Shown here one piece after another: positions 16,429 through 23,281 of a stretch of 32,606 nucleotides of DNA. The position numbers and the translations under genes are program-made. How positions within the stretch are numbered: position 1 is the first letter of the stretch; each line of letters opens with the position of its first letter. Source of the stretch: a virus; IMG/VR virus record IMGVR_UViG_3300045988_166454, positions 1 through 32,606 of that record; one strand, given 5' to 3'. Below the pieces are notes generated by a model that ran no database searches, was not told the DNA's origin, and saw nothing but the letters and a program-made list of their open reading frames with translations.

Positions 16429-17574
16429 ATGCCAAAGAAACTGCCCCCCGGTATCGAATGGGATGAGACCCGCGCAAAGTATCGAGCGACCGTTCACGAG
16501 TCGGGGAAACGATACCGTCTTGGGCGCTTCGATACTTTGATGGATGCGAAAGCTGCTCTCGCGATCGCGCGCGCCGACGTCGCTAGGGGGATCTTCGTGC
16601 CTCCATCGGCGAGGCGTGCGGAAGCGAAGCGCGAGGCCGAGGAGGCGTCTCGCGCGCAGACCACCGTCGAAGAAGTTGCAGAAGACTGGCTCACCGATTT
16701 TGAGAGGCAGGTAGATTCTGGGCAGCGGAAGCCTGCGACGCTTCGGGAGTATAGGAGCGTGCTGTCGGTACATGTCCTACCTAGAATCGGCAGCATGCCA
16801 GTGCGCGAGGTCGCGTCTAGGGATATTCAGCGCGTGGCCGATCGCGCAGGCAGCACGAGGACGCGCGCCAAAATCGTCGCTTGCATGAGGCGTCTCTTTA
16901 ATTACGCAGTAGAGCGCGAAATCGTCGCTGCGTCTCCTGTGCGAGTCTCAGCTCCGAAAATCAAAGGCAGTAGCCTCGACGTCGGGAAAATAGCCTCGCC
17001 GCATCAGGTTGCTGCCCTGGCTGCAGCCATGCCCGGCCCTCTCCGGCTCTCGGTGCTCCTCGCGGCGTGGTGCTCGCTACGCCAGGGCGAAGCACTCGGC
17101 CTCCAGCGCAGAGACATCATTGGGCTAGAATCTGGATCCCCGCGTCTGCGCGTCGAGCGTCAGTGGAATCAGAAGGCGGTCCCTCCGGGCTATACGACAC
17201 CCAAAAGCGGTGCAGCCCGCGAGGTCACGATCCCCACAGCCCTAGTCCCTGTGATCCGTGACCATCTCGAAATCTACGTCGCAGCGGACCGGGACGCTCC
17301 TGTCTTCCCCTCGCCGATCGAGCCGGGAAAGCCGATCTCACAGACGAATCACAATAAAGCGTGGGCTGCAGCGCGCGTCGCTGCGGGCCTGCCGTCTTTT
17401 CGCTTCCACGATCTACGACATACCGGCCTCACTCTCTACGCACAGCAGGGAGCTACTCTCGCCGAGATCATGGAGCGCGGAGGCCACAGTGACGTTGAAG
17501 TGGCTATGAGGTACCAGCATGCAGCGGAAGACAGAGCGCGGCGCCTCGCCGACAGCCTGCCAGTCGAGGTCTAA
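16429..17574 (+). CDS. int: Tyrosine recombinase / phage integrase
   Basis: 381 aa. C-terminal catalytic motifs LRQGEALGL (Arg), HDLRHTG (H-x-x-R) and GHSDVEVAMRYQH (Tyr). Confidence 0.9.
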   Translation: MPKKLPPGIEWDETRAKYRATVHESGKRYRLGRFDTLMDAKAALAIARADVARGIFVPPSARRAEAKREAEEASRAQTTVEEVAEDWLTDFERQVDSGQRKPATLREYRSVLSVHVLPRIGSMPVREVASRDIQRVADRAGSTRTRAKIVACMRRLFNYAVEREIVAASPVRVSAPKIKGSSLDVGKIASPHQVAALAAAMPGPLRLSVLLAAWCSLRQGEALGLQRRDIIGLESGSPRLRVERQWNQKAVPPGYTTPKSGAAREVTIPTALVPVIRDHLEIYVAADRDAPVFPSPIEPGKPISQTNHNKAWAAARVAAGLPSFRFHDLRHTGLTLYAQQGATLAEIMERGGHSDVEVAMRYQHAAEDRARRLADSLPVEV

Positions 17575-17616
17575 AAGCTCACTTCATAGGTGTGTGGTGT
17601 AAATAACACCTAGAGA

Positions 17617-17655
17617 TGTACACCCTATAGACACATAGTGTCTATAGGGTGTACA
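17617..17655. repeat. Perfect 18-bp-arm inverted repeat with a 3-nt spacer
   Basis: tgtacaccctatagacac-ata-gtgtctatagggtgtaca, in an AT-rich gap. Further GGTGT/ACACC half-sites lie at 17589..17610. Confidence 0.9.
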
Positions 17656-17709
17656 CTTAGTGTCATGAGGGAGAGAAAAGCTCCCCTCCCACTCGAAGGA
17701 GACATCGAA

Positions 17710-18102
17710 ATGGCTGAGATCACCGCCTACCGCGTACAGGATCAGCGCTTCGGCATCGGCGATCTGCTCGACCCGGAGCGTATGAGCTTCGCGATGAGCG
17801 GAGACGATGAGCTGGCTCGCCACGGGGTCTCCTGCGTGGAAGACCTCTCCAGCCTCGCCGCGTACATTGCGGTCATGGGTATCGAAGCCACCGTCCCCGC
17901 TCTCGTCCGTGTGACCGGAGTCCTTTCGGAAGACACTCCCGTCGATGAGGAATACGGAGAGGTCCTCCTCATCGCTTCCGACGCCGAGATCGTCACCGAT
18001 GACGACGCTTTCTTCTCTCTCGTCGGCGACCTCGTCGACCTCCACTACGAGCAGGGAGTCGGTTTCGAGGACCTCCGTGAAATCGCCTCCGACCGCATCT
18101 GA
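17710..18102 (+). CDS. Acidic hypothetical protein (130 aa)
   Basis: ATG at 17710 after gaaggag. No motif recognised. The antisense 186-aa ORF looks like a shadow ORF. Confidence 0.6.
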   Translation: MAEITAYRVQDQRFGIGDLLDPERMSFAMSGDDELARHGVSCVEDLSSLAAYIAVMGIEATVPALVRVTGVLSEDTPVDEEYGEVLLIASDAEIVTDDDAFFSLVGDLVDLHYEQGVGFEDLREIASDRI

Positions 18103-18130
18103 CCAATAATCCCCAGAAAGGCCCCCTAAA

Positions 18131-18529
18131 ATGACCACCAACACCGCTTCTGATGTCCGCGCTTGGTACGGAGACTTCGCCGACGAGCTGACCGAAGAGC
18201 AGATCGCCGCGATCGCCTCCGCATGGGCGACGATCCGCGAGATTACCGAGGCTTTCTACGAGGACGGCGACGCTGACGACCTCAATTCTCTCGTCGAAGA
18301 GCCGGATATCGTCGCAGCGCAGATCATCGACGGCACCGCGACTCTCGAAGAGATGGTCGATCGCGAAAAGCGCGCGGCCCGCGCGCTCACCTCAGCGCGC
18401 ACCGCAACCGCGGCAGCGATGATCGCTTCTGCAGCGGCTGGCATGGACGTCGCGGAAATCGCGCGTCGCGCCGAGATGTCTCGCACGACGGTATACAAGC
18501 GGCTCGATACCCTCGCTCTCGAAGCGTAG
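18131..18529 (+). CDS. Hypothetical protein with C-terminal HTH
   Basis: 132 aa. The C-terminus MDVAEIARRAEMSRTTVYKRL resembles a resolvase/HTH_7-type helix-turn-helix. Confidence 0.6.
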   Translation: MTTNTASDVRAWYGDFADELTEEQIAAIASAWATIREITEAFYEDGDADDLNSLVEEPDIVAAQIIDGTATLEEMVDREKRAARALTSARTATAAAMIASAAAGMDVAEIARRAEMSRTTVYKRLDTLALEA

Positions 18530-18541
18530 GGCAGGCAGCAG

Positions 18542-18583
18542 GAAGGGCACCGACGGGAATCCCAGCCGGTGCCCTTCTTTTTG
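18542..18583. terminator. Bidirectional intrinsic terminator
   Basis: gaagggcaccg ... cggtgcccttc 11-bp stem followed by tttttg. Lies at a convergent junction. Confidence 0.75.
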
Positions 18584-18588
18584 TGTGT

Positions 18589-19050
18589 CTATTTGTTGGG
18601 CGTGCGGTTGTCGCGCCCGGGTCGCGATGTCATACACTCGTCGAGACCCCACGACGCCAAATCGACATCTGTGCCTAAAGCGTCGGCCAGCTCGCTCAAA
18701 GATGAGCAGTATGCGCGCTCGCGGCTAACAGTGTCAGGGTCAAGAAGCAGGCGTGCAGCCAGCCGGTTAGCTCGCAGCTCTCCGCGTGTGTCTTGACAGG
18801 ATGTATGGCCGAGCAGGACGTGAGCTAACTCGTGAGCGAGCGTCGATCGCTCGACCGAAGGCCTTAATCCGGCTCTAATCCATATATGTAGCCCGTCGGT
18901 CACTCCCAACGCGCCGGAAAGATCTTTCGTGTAGGACACGGGGGTTCCCATAGTTTCAGCAAGCAGATAAGGGTCTACAGGACCTTGTAGATTCTTCGCG
19001 CCCGCCTCTAGCGCGTTCCTCCACTCCTCTTCATTGATTCGTTTAAGCAC
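18589..19050 (-). CDS. ImmA/IrrE-family zinc metallopeptidase (anti-repressor protease)
   Basis: HELAHVLLGH (HExxH) in a ~150-aa protein encoded immediately downstream of an XRE repressor. GTG start. Confidence 0.8.
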   Translation of the reverse strand: MLKRINEEEWRNALEAGAKNLQGPVDPYLLAETMGTPVSYTKDLSGALGVTDGLHIWIRAGLRPSVERSTLAHELAHVLLGHTSCQDTRGELRANRLAARLLLDPDTVSRERAYCSSLSELADALGTDVDLASWGLDECMTSRPGRDNRTPNK

Positions 19051-19129
19051 ATATTGAGGATAAGCTCAGATAAGGTCGTTTCCAGAAAGTTTCCTGAACA
19101 ACAAACGTGGTGTCACCCACACGCTACAC

Positions 19130-19516
19130 CTACTCCTGAGACTCCTCACCAAGACTGTCAAGAAAAGCGTCTTCCCGCGACTCTGGCGAGTCATCCACGC
19201 GACGCGCTGCGAGGGAGACCTCCCAATCGTCAGGCAGCTGCAGGCTCACATCTGAGTCTAAAGAGGCTCGCGCCTCAGCCTCGGCGAGACGCGCCTCAGC
19301 CTCCGCAAACAGTCCGCTCGCGCTCTTTCCTAGCGCATGAGCAATTGAAAATAGCTGGCTGAGGCTGACATCCCTCTTGCCAGTAAAAATACGTGAGATC
19401 TGCCCCTGCGACACGCCGCTTTTCTTCGCGAGAGCATTCTGGCTCAAGCCGCGTTCAGAGGCGAGTTCCTCTACGACTTCCGCGATCTTCTGCGCGAGAT
19501 CTTCTGACTGGCTCAT
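19130..19516 (-). CDS. XRE/CI-like phage repressor
   Basis: LSQNALAKKSGVSQGQISRIFTGKRDVSLSQLFSIAHALG HTH. The ATG at 19516 lies 6 nt downstream of a -10-like box, so the transcript is probably leaderless. The 19564 start is the alternative. Confidence 0.8.
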   Translation of the reverse strand: MSQSEDLAQKIAEVVEELASERGLSQNALAKKSGVSQGQISRIFTGKRDVSLSQLFSIAHALGKSASGLFAEAEARLAEAEARASLDSDVSLQLPDDWEVSLAARRVDDSPESREDAFLDSLGEESQE

Positions 19517-19522
19517 GCAGAA

Positions 19523-19586
19523 AGTATGCCAGTTGGTATGCAAAGAGGCAATAGAGCTTGACAAGCTATACCAAGTGGCGTAACTT
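19523..19586. promoter_or_regulatory. Divergent back-to-back promoters and operator palindromes (genetic switch)
   Basis: + strand: TTGACA (19558..19563), 17 nt, TAACTT (19581..19586). - strand: TTGCCT (19546..19551), 17 nt, CATACT (19523..19528). There is a 13-bp palindrome agcttgacaagct (19555..19567), and 11-bp inverted arms at 19529..19539 and 19568..19578. Confidence 0.6.
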
Positions 19587-19593
19587 AATGCTC

Positions 19594-19845
19594 ATGACAA
19601 ATATCCCATTTGGCATAAGTGAAGAAATTCGCGCAGAACTCGGAAGACGAAAACTCTCACTCCGTGATCTTTCGAAGGCAAGCGGAATCTCCTACGACTC
19701 CATACTCCGAAAAATCAACCACCACAGTCGATCGCTATCGCTAGATGAATTCATTGCGATTGCTAACGCCCTCAATATCCAAGCCTCCGAACTTATCGCA
19801 AGAGCTGAACGAGCGCTCGCGGCTTCTGAGGGCGAGGTGGCGTGA
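19594..19845 (+). CDS. Cro-like XRE HTH protein
   Basis: LSLRDLSKASGISYDSILRKINHHSRSLSLDEFIAIANAL HTH. The ATG lies ~7 nt after the -10 box, so the transcript is probably leaderless. Confidence 0.7.
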   Translation: MTNIPFGISEEIRAELGRRKLSLRDLSKASGISYDSILRKINHHSRSLSLDEFIAIANALNIQASELIARAERALAASEGEVA

Positions 19846-19851
19846 TGGGCG
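19833..19851 (+). repeat. 19-bp perfect direct repeat, copy 1 (cgaggtggcgtgatgggcg)
   Basis: Identical to 20252..20270. Each copy contains a stop/start junction (...EVA* / MG...). Confidence 0.9.
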
Positions 19852-19859
19852 AGACGCGT

Positions 19860-20135
19860 TTAGTCATCCCAGACGGGGACGGTGTAACCGTCGTCGTCGC
19901 TAGTGTAAAAACCTCTAGCAACCTGTTGCTCATCGTGAGTGAGAGCGCGGTCAAAATTAGCCGAAATGGGGACGGAGGGGTTGACAACGAAGACCCTGTC
20001 ACCTCCCGAGAGGCTCATAGCGAAAATGGAGCTGATCGCCCCACGTCTTTGAGCTTTCGTGAGCGCCCCGAGGAGCGGGATCAAATCCGCATCTTCGACG
20101 GTGAAAACATCATTTCCAAAATGCAAAACACCCAT
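19860..20135 (-). CDS. Antisense-oriented small protein (91 aa) inside the early operon
   Basis: Strong SD (ggagaggaag, 5-7 nt upstream) and a globular-looking sequence. The N-terminal pattern MG.L.FG....V.D..L..L......RR resembles a small conserved actinobacterial family; this is from recollection only. The overlapping + ORF 19842..20264 is low-complexity. Confidence 0.5.
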   Translation of the reverse strand: MGVLHFGNDVFTVEDADLIPLLGALTKAQRRGAISSIFAMSLSGGDRVFVVNPSVPISANFDRALTHDEQQVARGFYTSDDDGYTVPVWDD

Positions 20136-20251
20136 GCGTCTTCCTCTCCGGTAGGTGACGGCGATTCAGCTACGCCGCCTGGTGACTGTGGTGGGTCTCA
20201 GCCTACCGGGGAAGAGCCTAACTCCGAAGAAGCCATGCTCACTGGCGAAAA

Positions 20252-20270
20252 CGAGGTGGCGTGATGGGCG
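20252..20270 (+). repeat. 19-bp perfect direct repeat, copy 2
   Basis: Identical to 19833..19851. Confidence 0.9.
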
Positions 20271-20581
20271 TGAACAAGGTGATCAATACGCATGCGTCAG
20301 ATCTTCGCGATGAAGTCCCCAAAATCATCGAGACCGACGGGCCCGGCGGGTTAATTGAGGATTCCCTCGCCGAGTGTATCGAGCAGACGGTTCTCTGTAT
20401 CGGCCTACTAGGATCCCCGGCCGCGGTGATGACACTGCCCTCCACTCTCATCCACTCCACACAGAAGCAGCTGCTCGAAGTTCAATCCGCACTCATCACA
20501 CGGCTACAAGACCTCACGACCATCGCAGCCAACAGTCTGACCGCACACAGCGACGACCCCAAGGGAGAGACCCAAAAATGA
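20264..20581 (+). CDS. Hypothetical early protein
   Basis: 105-aa ORF. Its stop overlaps the next start (ATGA). Confidence 0.5.
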   Translation: MGVNKVINTHASDLRDEVPKIIETDGPGGLIEDSLAECIEQTVLCIGLLGSPAAVMTLPSTLIHSTQKQLLEVQSALITRLQDLTTIAANSLTAHSDDPKGETQK

Positions 20582-20778
20582 TGAAGAAATTTGCAACCAT
20601 CAAAGAAGCAGCCGAAGCAACTGGCCTCAGCCCACGAGCACTGCGCGTCTACATCGCCTCCGGGCAGATCCGCGACTGCCGCAAGATCGGCAAGCACATC
20701 CTGATCCCAGTCGAGCAGATCGAGCGAATCGGCAAGCCTCTCTCCACAGCGCAGTCCCTGAGAGGGAGCGCAGCATGA
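20578..20778 (+). CDS. Excisionase-like / MerR-type (HTH_17) DNA-binding protein
   Basis: MMKKFATIKEAAEATGLSPRALRVYIASGQIRDCRKIGKHILIP is typical of Xis/AlpA-type HTH proteins. Confidence 0.6.
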   Translation: MMKKFATIKEAAEATGLSPRALRVYIASGQIRDCRKIGKHILIPVEQIERIGKPLSTAQSLRGSAA

Positions 20779-20906
20779 CTCTCCCAATCCCCAATTGCGA
20801 GGTTGTCGACCTCGACACGCCAGACCTTGGCGACGACTACGCGCTTCAAGACCCCGACAGCGGCGTCATCATCCTCATGGCCTCCCACGTAGATCTGGAG
20901 AAGTGA
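20775..20906 (+). CDS. Possible 43-aa acidic protein
   Basis: ATGA overlap with the upstream gene. Manual translation gives MTLPIPNCEVVDLDTPDLGDDYALQDPDSGVIILMASHVDLEK. Confidence 0.3.
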   Translation: MTLPIPNCEVVDLDTPDLGDDYALQDPDSGVIILMASHVDLEK

Positions 20907-20910
20907 CCTC

Positions 20911-21117
20911 ATGAAAAACCAACTTTCCCCACTCGCACAGTTCCTGAAATTGGCGACCGCAATCGCACTCCTTTCGATTTCTCTTCTTCTCGCGTTTGCG
21001 CTCTGGGCGCCAGATCACGAAGACGGAATCTCGCTGTGGTGGGGCTTCGCAGACGTCGCCTGCGCGGTGCAGGGCTGTCTCATGATCCGGGGCTTCCTCG
21101 ACGGTACAGATTTTTAG
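20911..21117 (+). CDS. Small membrane protein (2 TM)
   Basis: 68 aa with two hydrophobic segments. Confidence 0.45.
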   Translation: MKNQLSPLAQFLKLATAIALLSISLLLAFALWAPDHEDGISLWWGFADVACAVQGCLMIRGFLDGTDF

Positions 21118-21127
21118 GAGTTCAACG

Positions 21128-21361
21128 ATGAATCCGAATCAAGTTCTTTCTGTCCTCGTTCGCGACTGGATGAAGCGTCAGACGCTTTGCACGCGGGCCG
21201 CTGCGAAGCGTCTCGGGATGGCTGAGATGAGCCTTTGGCGTCGCCTCAACGGTCATCGCCAGTGGCGCGCAGATGAGCTGCTAAGGCTCAGCGACGAGGG
21301 GATCCACGTCTCTAGCGAGCTTTTCCACGCTCTCGTCGACGAGGAGGAGATCTCAGCATGA
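21128..21361 (+). CDS. Small putative HTH protein
   Basis: 77 aa. TRAAAKRLGMAEMSLWRRLNG is HTH-like. Confidence 0.45.
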   Translation: MNPNQVLSVLVRDWMKRQTLCTRAAAKRLGMAEMSLWRRLNGHRQWRADELLRLSDEGIHVSSELFHALVDEEEISA

Positions 21362-21651
21362 GCGAGAAGAAATCTATCGGCGAATGGATGGAAGACGCGC
21401 TTTGCAGGCGTCTCGGTATCCCGACGGACATTTTTTTCGAGGGGCCGATGTACGACCCCATAACTGCAATGCAGGCGTGCAGGAATTGCCCAGTGCGCAG
21501 CGAATGCCTTGAGTATCAGCTCCGGTATGAGGCGCGCGGCACCGCGCAGACTGCAGGGATTTTTGGAGGCCTCACAGCGCACCAGCGTGGTCCGCTGCGT
21601 AAAAAGCTTCGGGAAGCAATGAAAGAAACAAGGAAGGGGAAGCTCTCATGA
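21358..21651 (+). CDS. whiB: WhiB-family Fe-S transcription factor
   Basis: C-x(n)-C-x2-C-x5-C arrangement (ALC...ACRNCPVRSEC) followed by GIFGGLTAHQR. Confidence 0.8.
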   Translation: MSEKKSIGEWMEDALCRRLGIPTDIFFEGPMYDPITAMQACRNCPVRSECLEYQLRYEARGTAQTAGIFGGLTAHQRGPLRKKLREAMKETRKGKLS

Positions 21652-22088
21652 GCCGCGGAAAAGTTTACATCTCAGGACCTATCACAGGGATTGATTTCGG
21701 TAATCGATTTGCTTTCTCGTGCGCGCGCAACGCGCTGGAGCTGTGCGGATATGAGGTCGTCGATCCGAGCGAGGTCAAGCTCGACGACGAAGCCACGTGG
21801 ACCGATTACATGCGCGCAGATCTGAAGCTTCTGCTCGATTGCGATTTCATCTACATGCTCGAGGGCTGGGAAAAGTCGCGGGGCGCGCGCATCGAGCTCG
21901 CACTCGCAAAAAATCTCAGGATCAAGGAAATCGACCTCGACGAAGAGAGTGAGCGGGTCAAGAAGCGCGCGTCTGAGGAAATCGACGTCGATGCCTATTA
22001 CAACCTGCAGATCACGATGGGCTTCGCCGACGTCGGGAAGCGCCTAGCAACGGCGATCTCTCGTCTTGAGGAGGGGGAAGCCCGGTGA
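21648..22088 (+). CDS. DUF4406-like (nucleoside 2-deoxyribosyltransferase-like fold) protein
   Basis: [10 protein letters not shown]...VVDPSE...[37 protein letters not shown] matches the remembered DUF4406 pattern. Confidence 0.6.
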   Translation: MSRGKVYISGPITGIDFGNRFAFSCARNALELCGYEVVDPSEVKLDDEATWTDYMRADLKLLLDCDFIYMLEGWEKSRGARIELALAKNLRIKEIDLDEESERVKKRASEEIDVDAYYNLQITMGFADVGKRLATAISRLEEGEAR

Positions 22089-22573
22089 GCGGAGAAACTG
22101 TCATCACGATCGTTGGTAATTTGACCGCTGATCCGGAACTGCGTTGGACGCAAAGCGGAAGCCCGGTAGCTTCGTTCACGATCGCCTCTACACCTCGGTC
22201 TTTTGACCGGCAGTCGGGCGAATGGAAGGACGGGGAGACCCTATTCATGCGCTGCACCGCGTGGCGCGAAATGGCTGAAAACATCGCAGAGACGCTCCGT
22301 AAGGGTACTCGCGCTGTCGTCCGCGGGCGGCTCGTGCAGCGATCTTTCGAGACCCGTGAGGGCGATCGTCGCACTGTCGTCGAGCTTCAAGCCGACGAGG
22401 TCGGCGTCTCTTTGCGTCACGCGCGGGCACAGATCACGCGCACCGGAGGCCAAGGCCAGCAAAGCCAGCCTGCCGCGGCCTCGGCCTTCGCTCCCGCGTC
22501 TGCGGAGCAGGAAGCTTCTACCGGCTCGGATCCGTGGGCGGAAGCAATGCTGTCCTCTGATCCTCCTTTCTAA
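22085..22573 (+). CDS. ssb: Single-stranded DNA-binding protein
   Basis: OB-fold N-terminus ([26 protein letters not shown]), a Gly/Gln/Ala-rich linker, and an acidic tail ending DPPF. Confidence 0.9.
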   Translation: MSGETVITIVGNLTADPELRWTQSGSPVASFTIASTPRSFDRQSGEWKDGETLFMRCTAWREMAENIAETLRKGTRAVVRGRLVQRSFETREGDRRTVVELQADEVGVSLRHARAQITRTGGQGQQSQPAAASAFAPASAEQEASTGSDPWAEAMLSSDPPF

Positions 22574-22594
22574 GCGCGAAGGAGCGCAGGAAAA

Positions 22595-22984
22595 ATGATT
22601 GAGACCCTTTATCTAGTGATCCCTAAATCGCAGTGGATTACCGCGAATCTGCGTCTTCATCCGATGGCTCGTGCGAAGCGCGTGCGCGCACTGCGCAGGC
22701 GCACGGCGATTGAAGCACGCAAGGCCGCAGTCTTCTCTTTCGACGGGAAAGTCCGCATCACGGCGAAGATCTACGCGCGCTCCGCGCGTCGCTTCGACCC
22801 CAATAACGCAGCTGATTCCACGAAAGCGATGGTCGACGGCCTGCGCGACGCAGGCGTCCTCATCGACGACGACCACACTCACGTCATCGGCCCGGATCAC
22901 CGCTGGGCGGGAGTCGACAGGGATCTGCCTGTCGGCGCTCACGCTATCGAGCTGATTATCACCGAGGCAGGCACCGATGACTAG
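22595..22984 (+). CDS. rusA: RusA-like Holliday junction resolvase
   Basis: 129 aa. FDPNNAADSTKAMVDGLRDAGVLIDDDHTHV resembles the RusA catalytic Asp cluster. Confidence 0.6.
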   Translation: MIETLYLVIPKSQWITANLRLHPMARAKRVRALRRRTAIEARKAAVFSFDGKVRITAKIYARSARRFDPNNAADSTKAMVDGLRDAGVLIDDDHTHVIGPDHRWAGVDRDLPVGAHAIELIITEAGTDD

Positions 22985-23147
22985 GAAAAGCGATCGTGTT
23001 TGCCCGGAATGTGGGGAGGCCGTAGGCGCGGGGATCGTCAGACATCCCAAATGCTTCCAAGAAGCTTTGGAGAAGCGCCTCGGGCCGGTCCCCAAGGCAA
23101 AGCTCGTGCCAGGGCGGATGTACCTACTGAACGGGGGACGGAGGTGA
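22977..23147 (+). CDS. Possible 56-aa zinc-ribbon protein
   Basis: Manual translation gives MTRKSDRVCPECGEAVGAGIVRHPKCF.... Overlaps the rusA stop. Confidence 0.35.
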   Translation: MTRKSDRVCPECGEAVGAGIVRHPKCFQEALEKRLGPVPKAKLVPGRMYLLNGGRR

Positions 23148-23152
23148 GGCAG

Positions 23153-23248
23153 GTGGAAGTCAAGCGCGATCCCCGTGCTCCAAAGATTTGTGAATCGTGC
23201 GGGGGAGTCATCAATCCGATCACAGGCGAATGCCGATGCAGCGACTAG
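23153..23248 (+). CDS. Possible 31-aa zinc-ribbon peptide
   Basis: GTG after ggaggtga. Contains ...ICESCGGVINPITGECRCSD. Confidence 0.3.
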   Translation: MEVKRDPRAPKICESCGGVINPITGECRCSD

Positions 23249-23281
23249 CAGAAAGACCCAGAAAAGAGAGGAGGAAGCCAG

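Noticed and set aside
16126-16773. 215-aa - strand ORF spanning the attP-like region and the 5' end of int
   Set aside because: It overlaps the well-supported integrase gene in antisense. Its sequence is Arg/Pro-rich, and its upstream half lies in repeat-rich non-coding DNA.
17584-18144. 186-aa - strand ORF opposite the acidic 17710..18102 gene
   Set aside because: Its composition (Asp/Gly/Val/Ser runs) mirrors the + strand codons. The + ORF has a good SD (gaaggag) and fits the operon layout, whereas the - ORF would start inside the next gene.
19842-20264. 140-aa + strand ORF filling the cassette between the 19-bp repeats
   Set aside because: The protein is low-complexity (DGDG, GDGGVDNEDP, PP/GG runs) and its start and stop are supplied by the repeats themselves. 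The antisense 91-aa ORF has a better SD and looks globular. This remains ambiguous and needs coding statistics.
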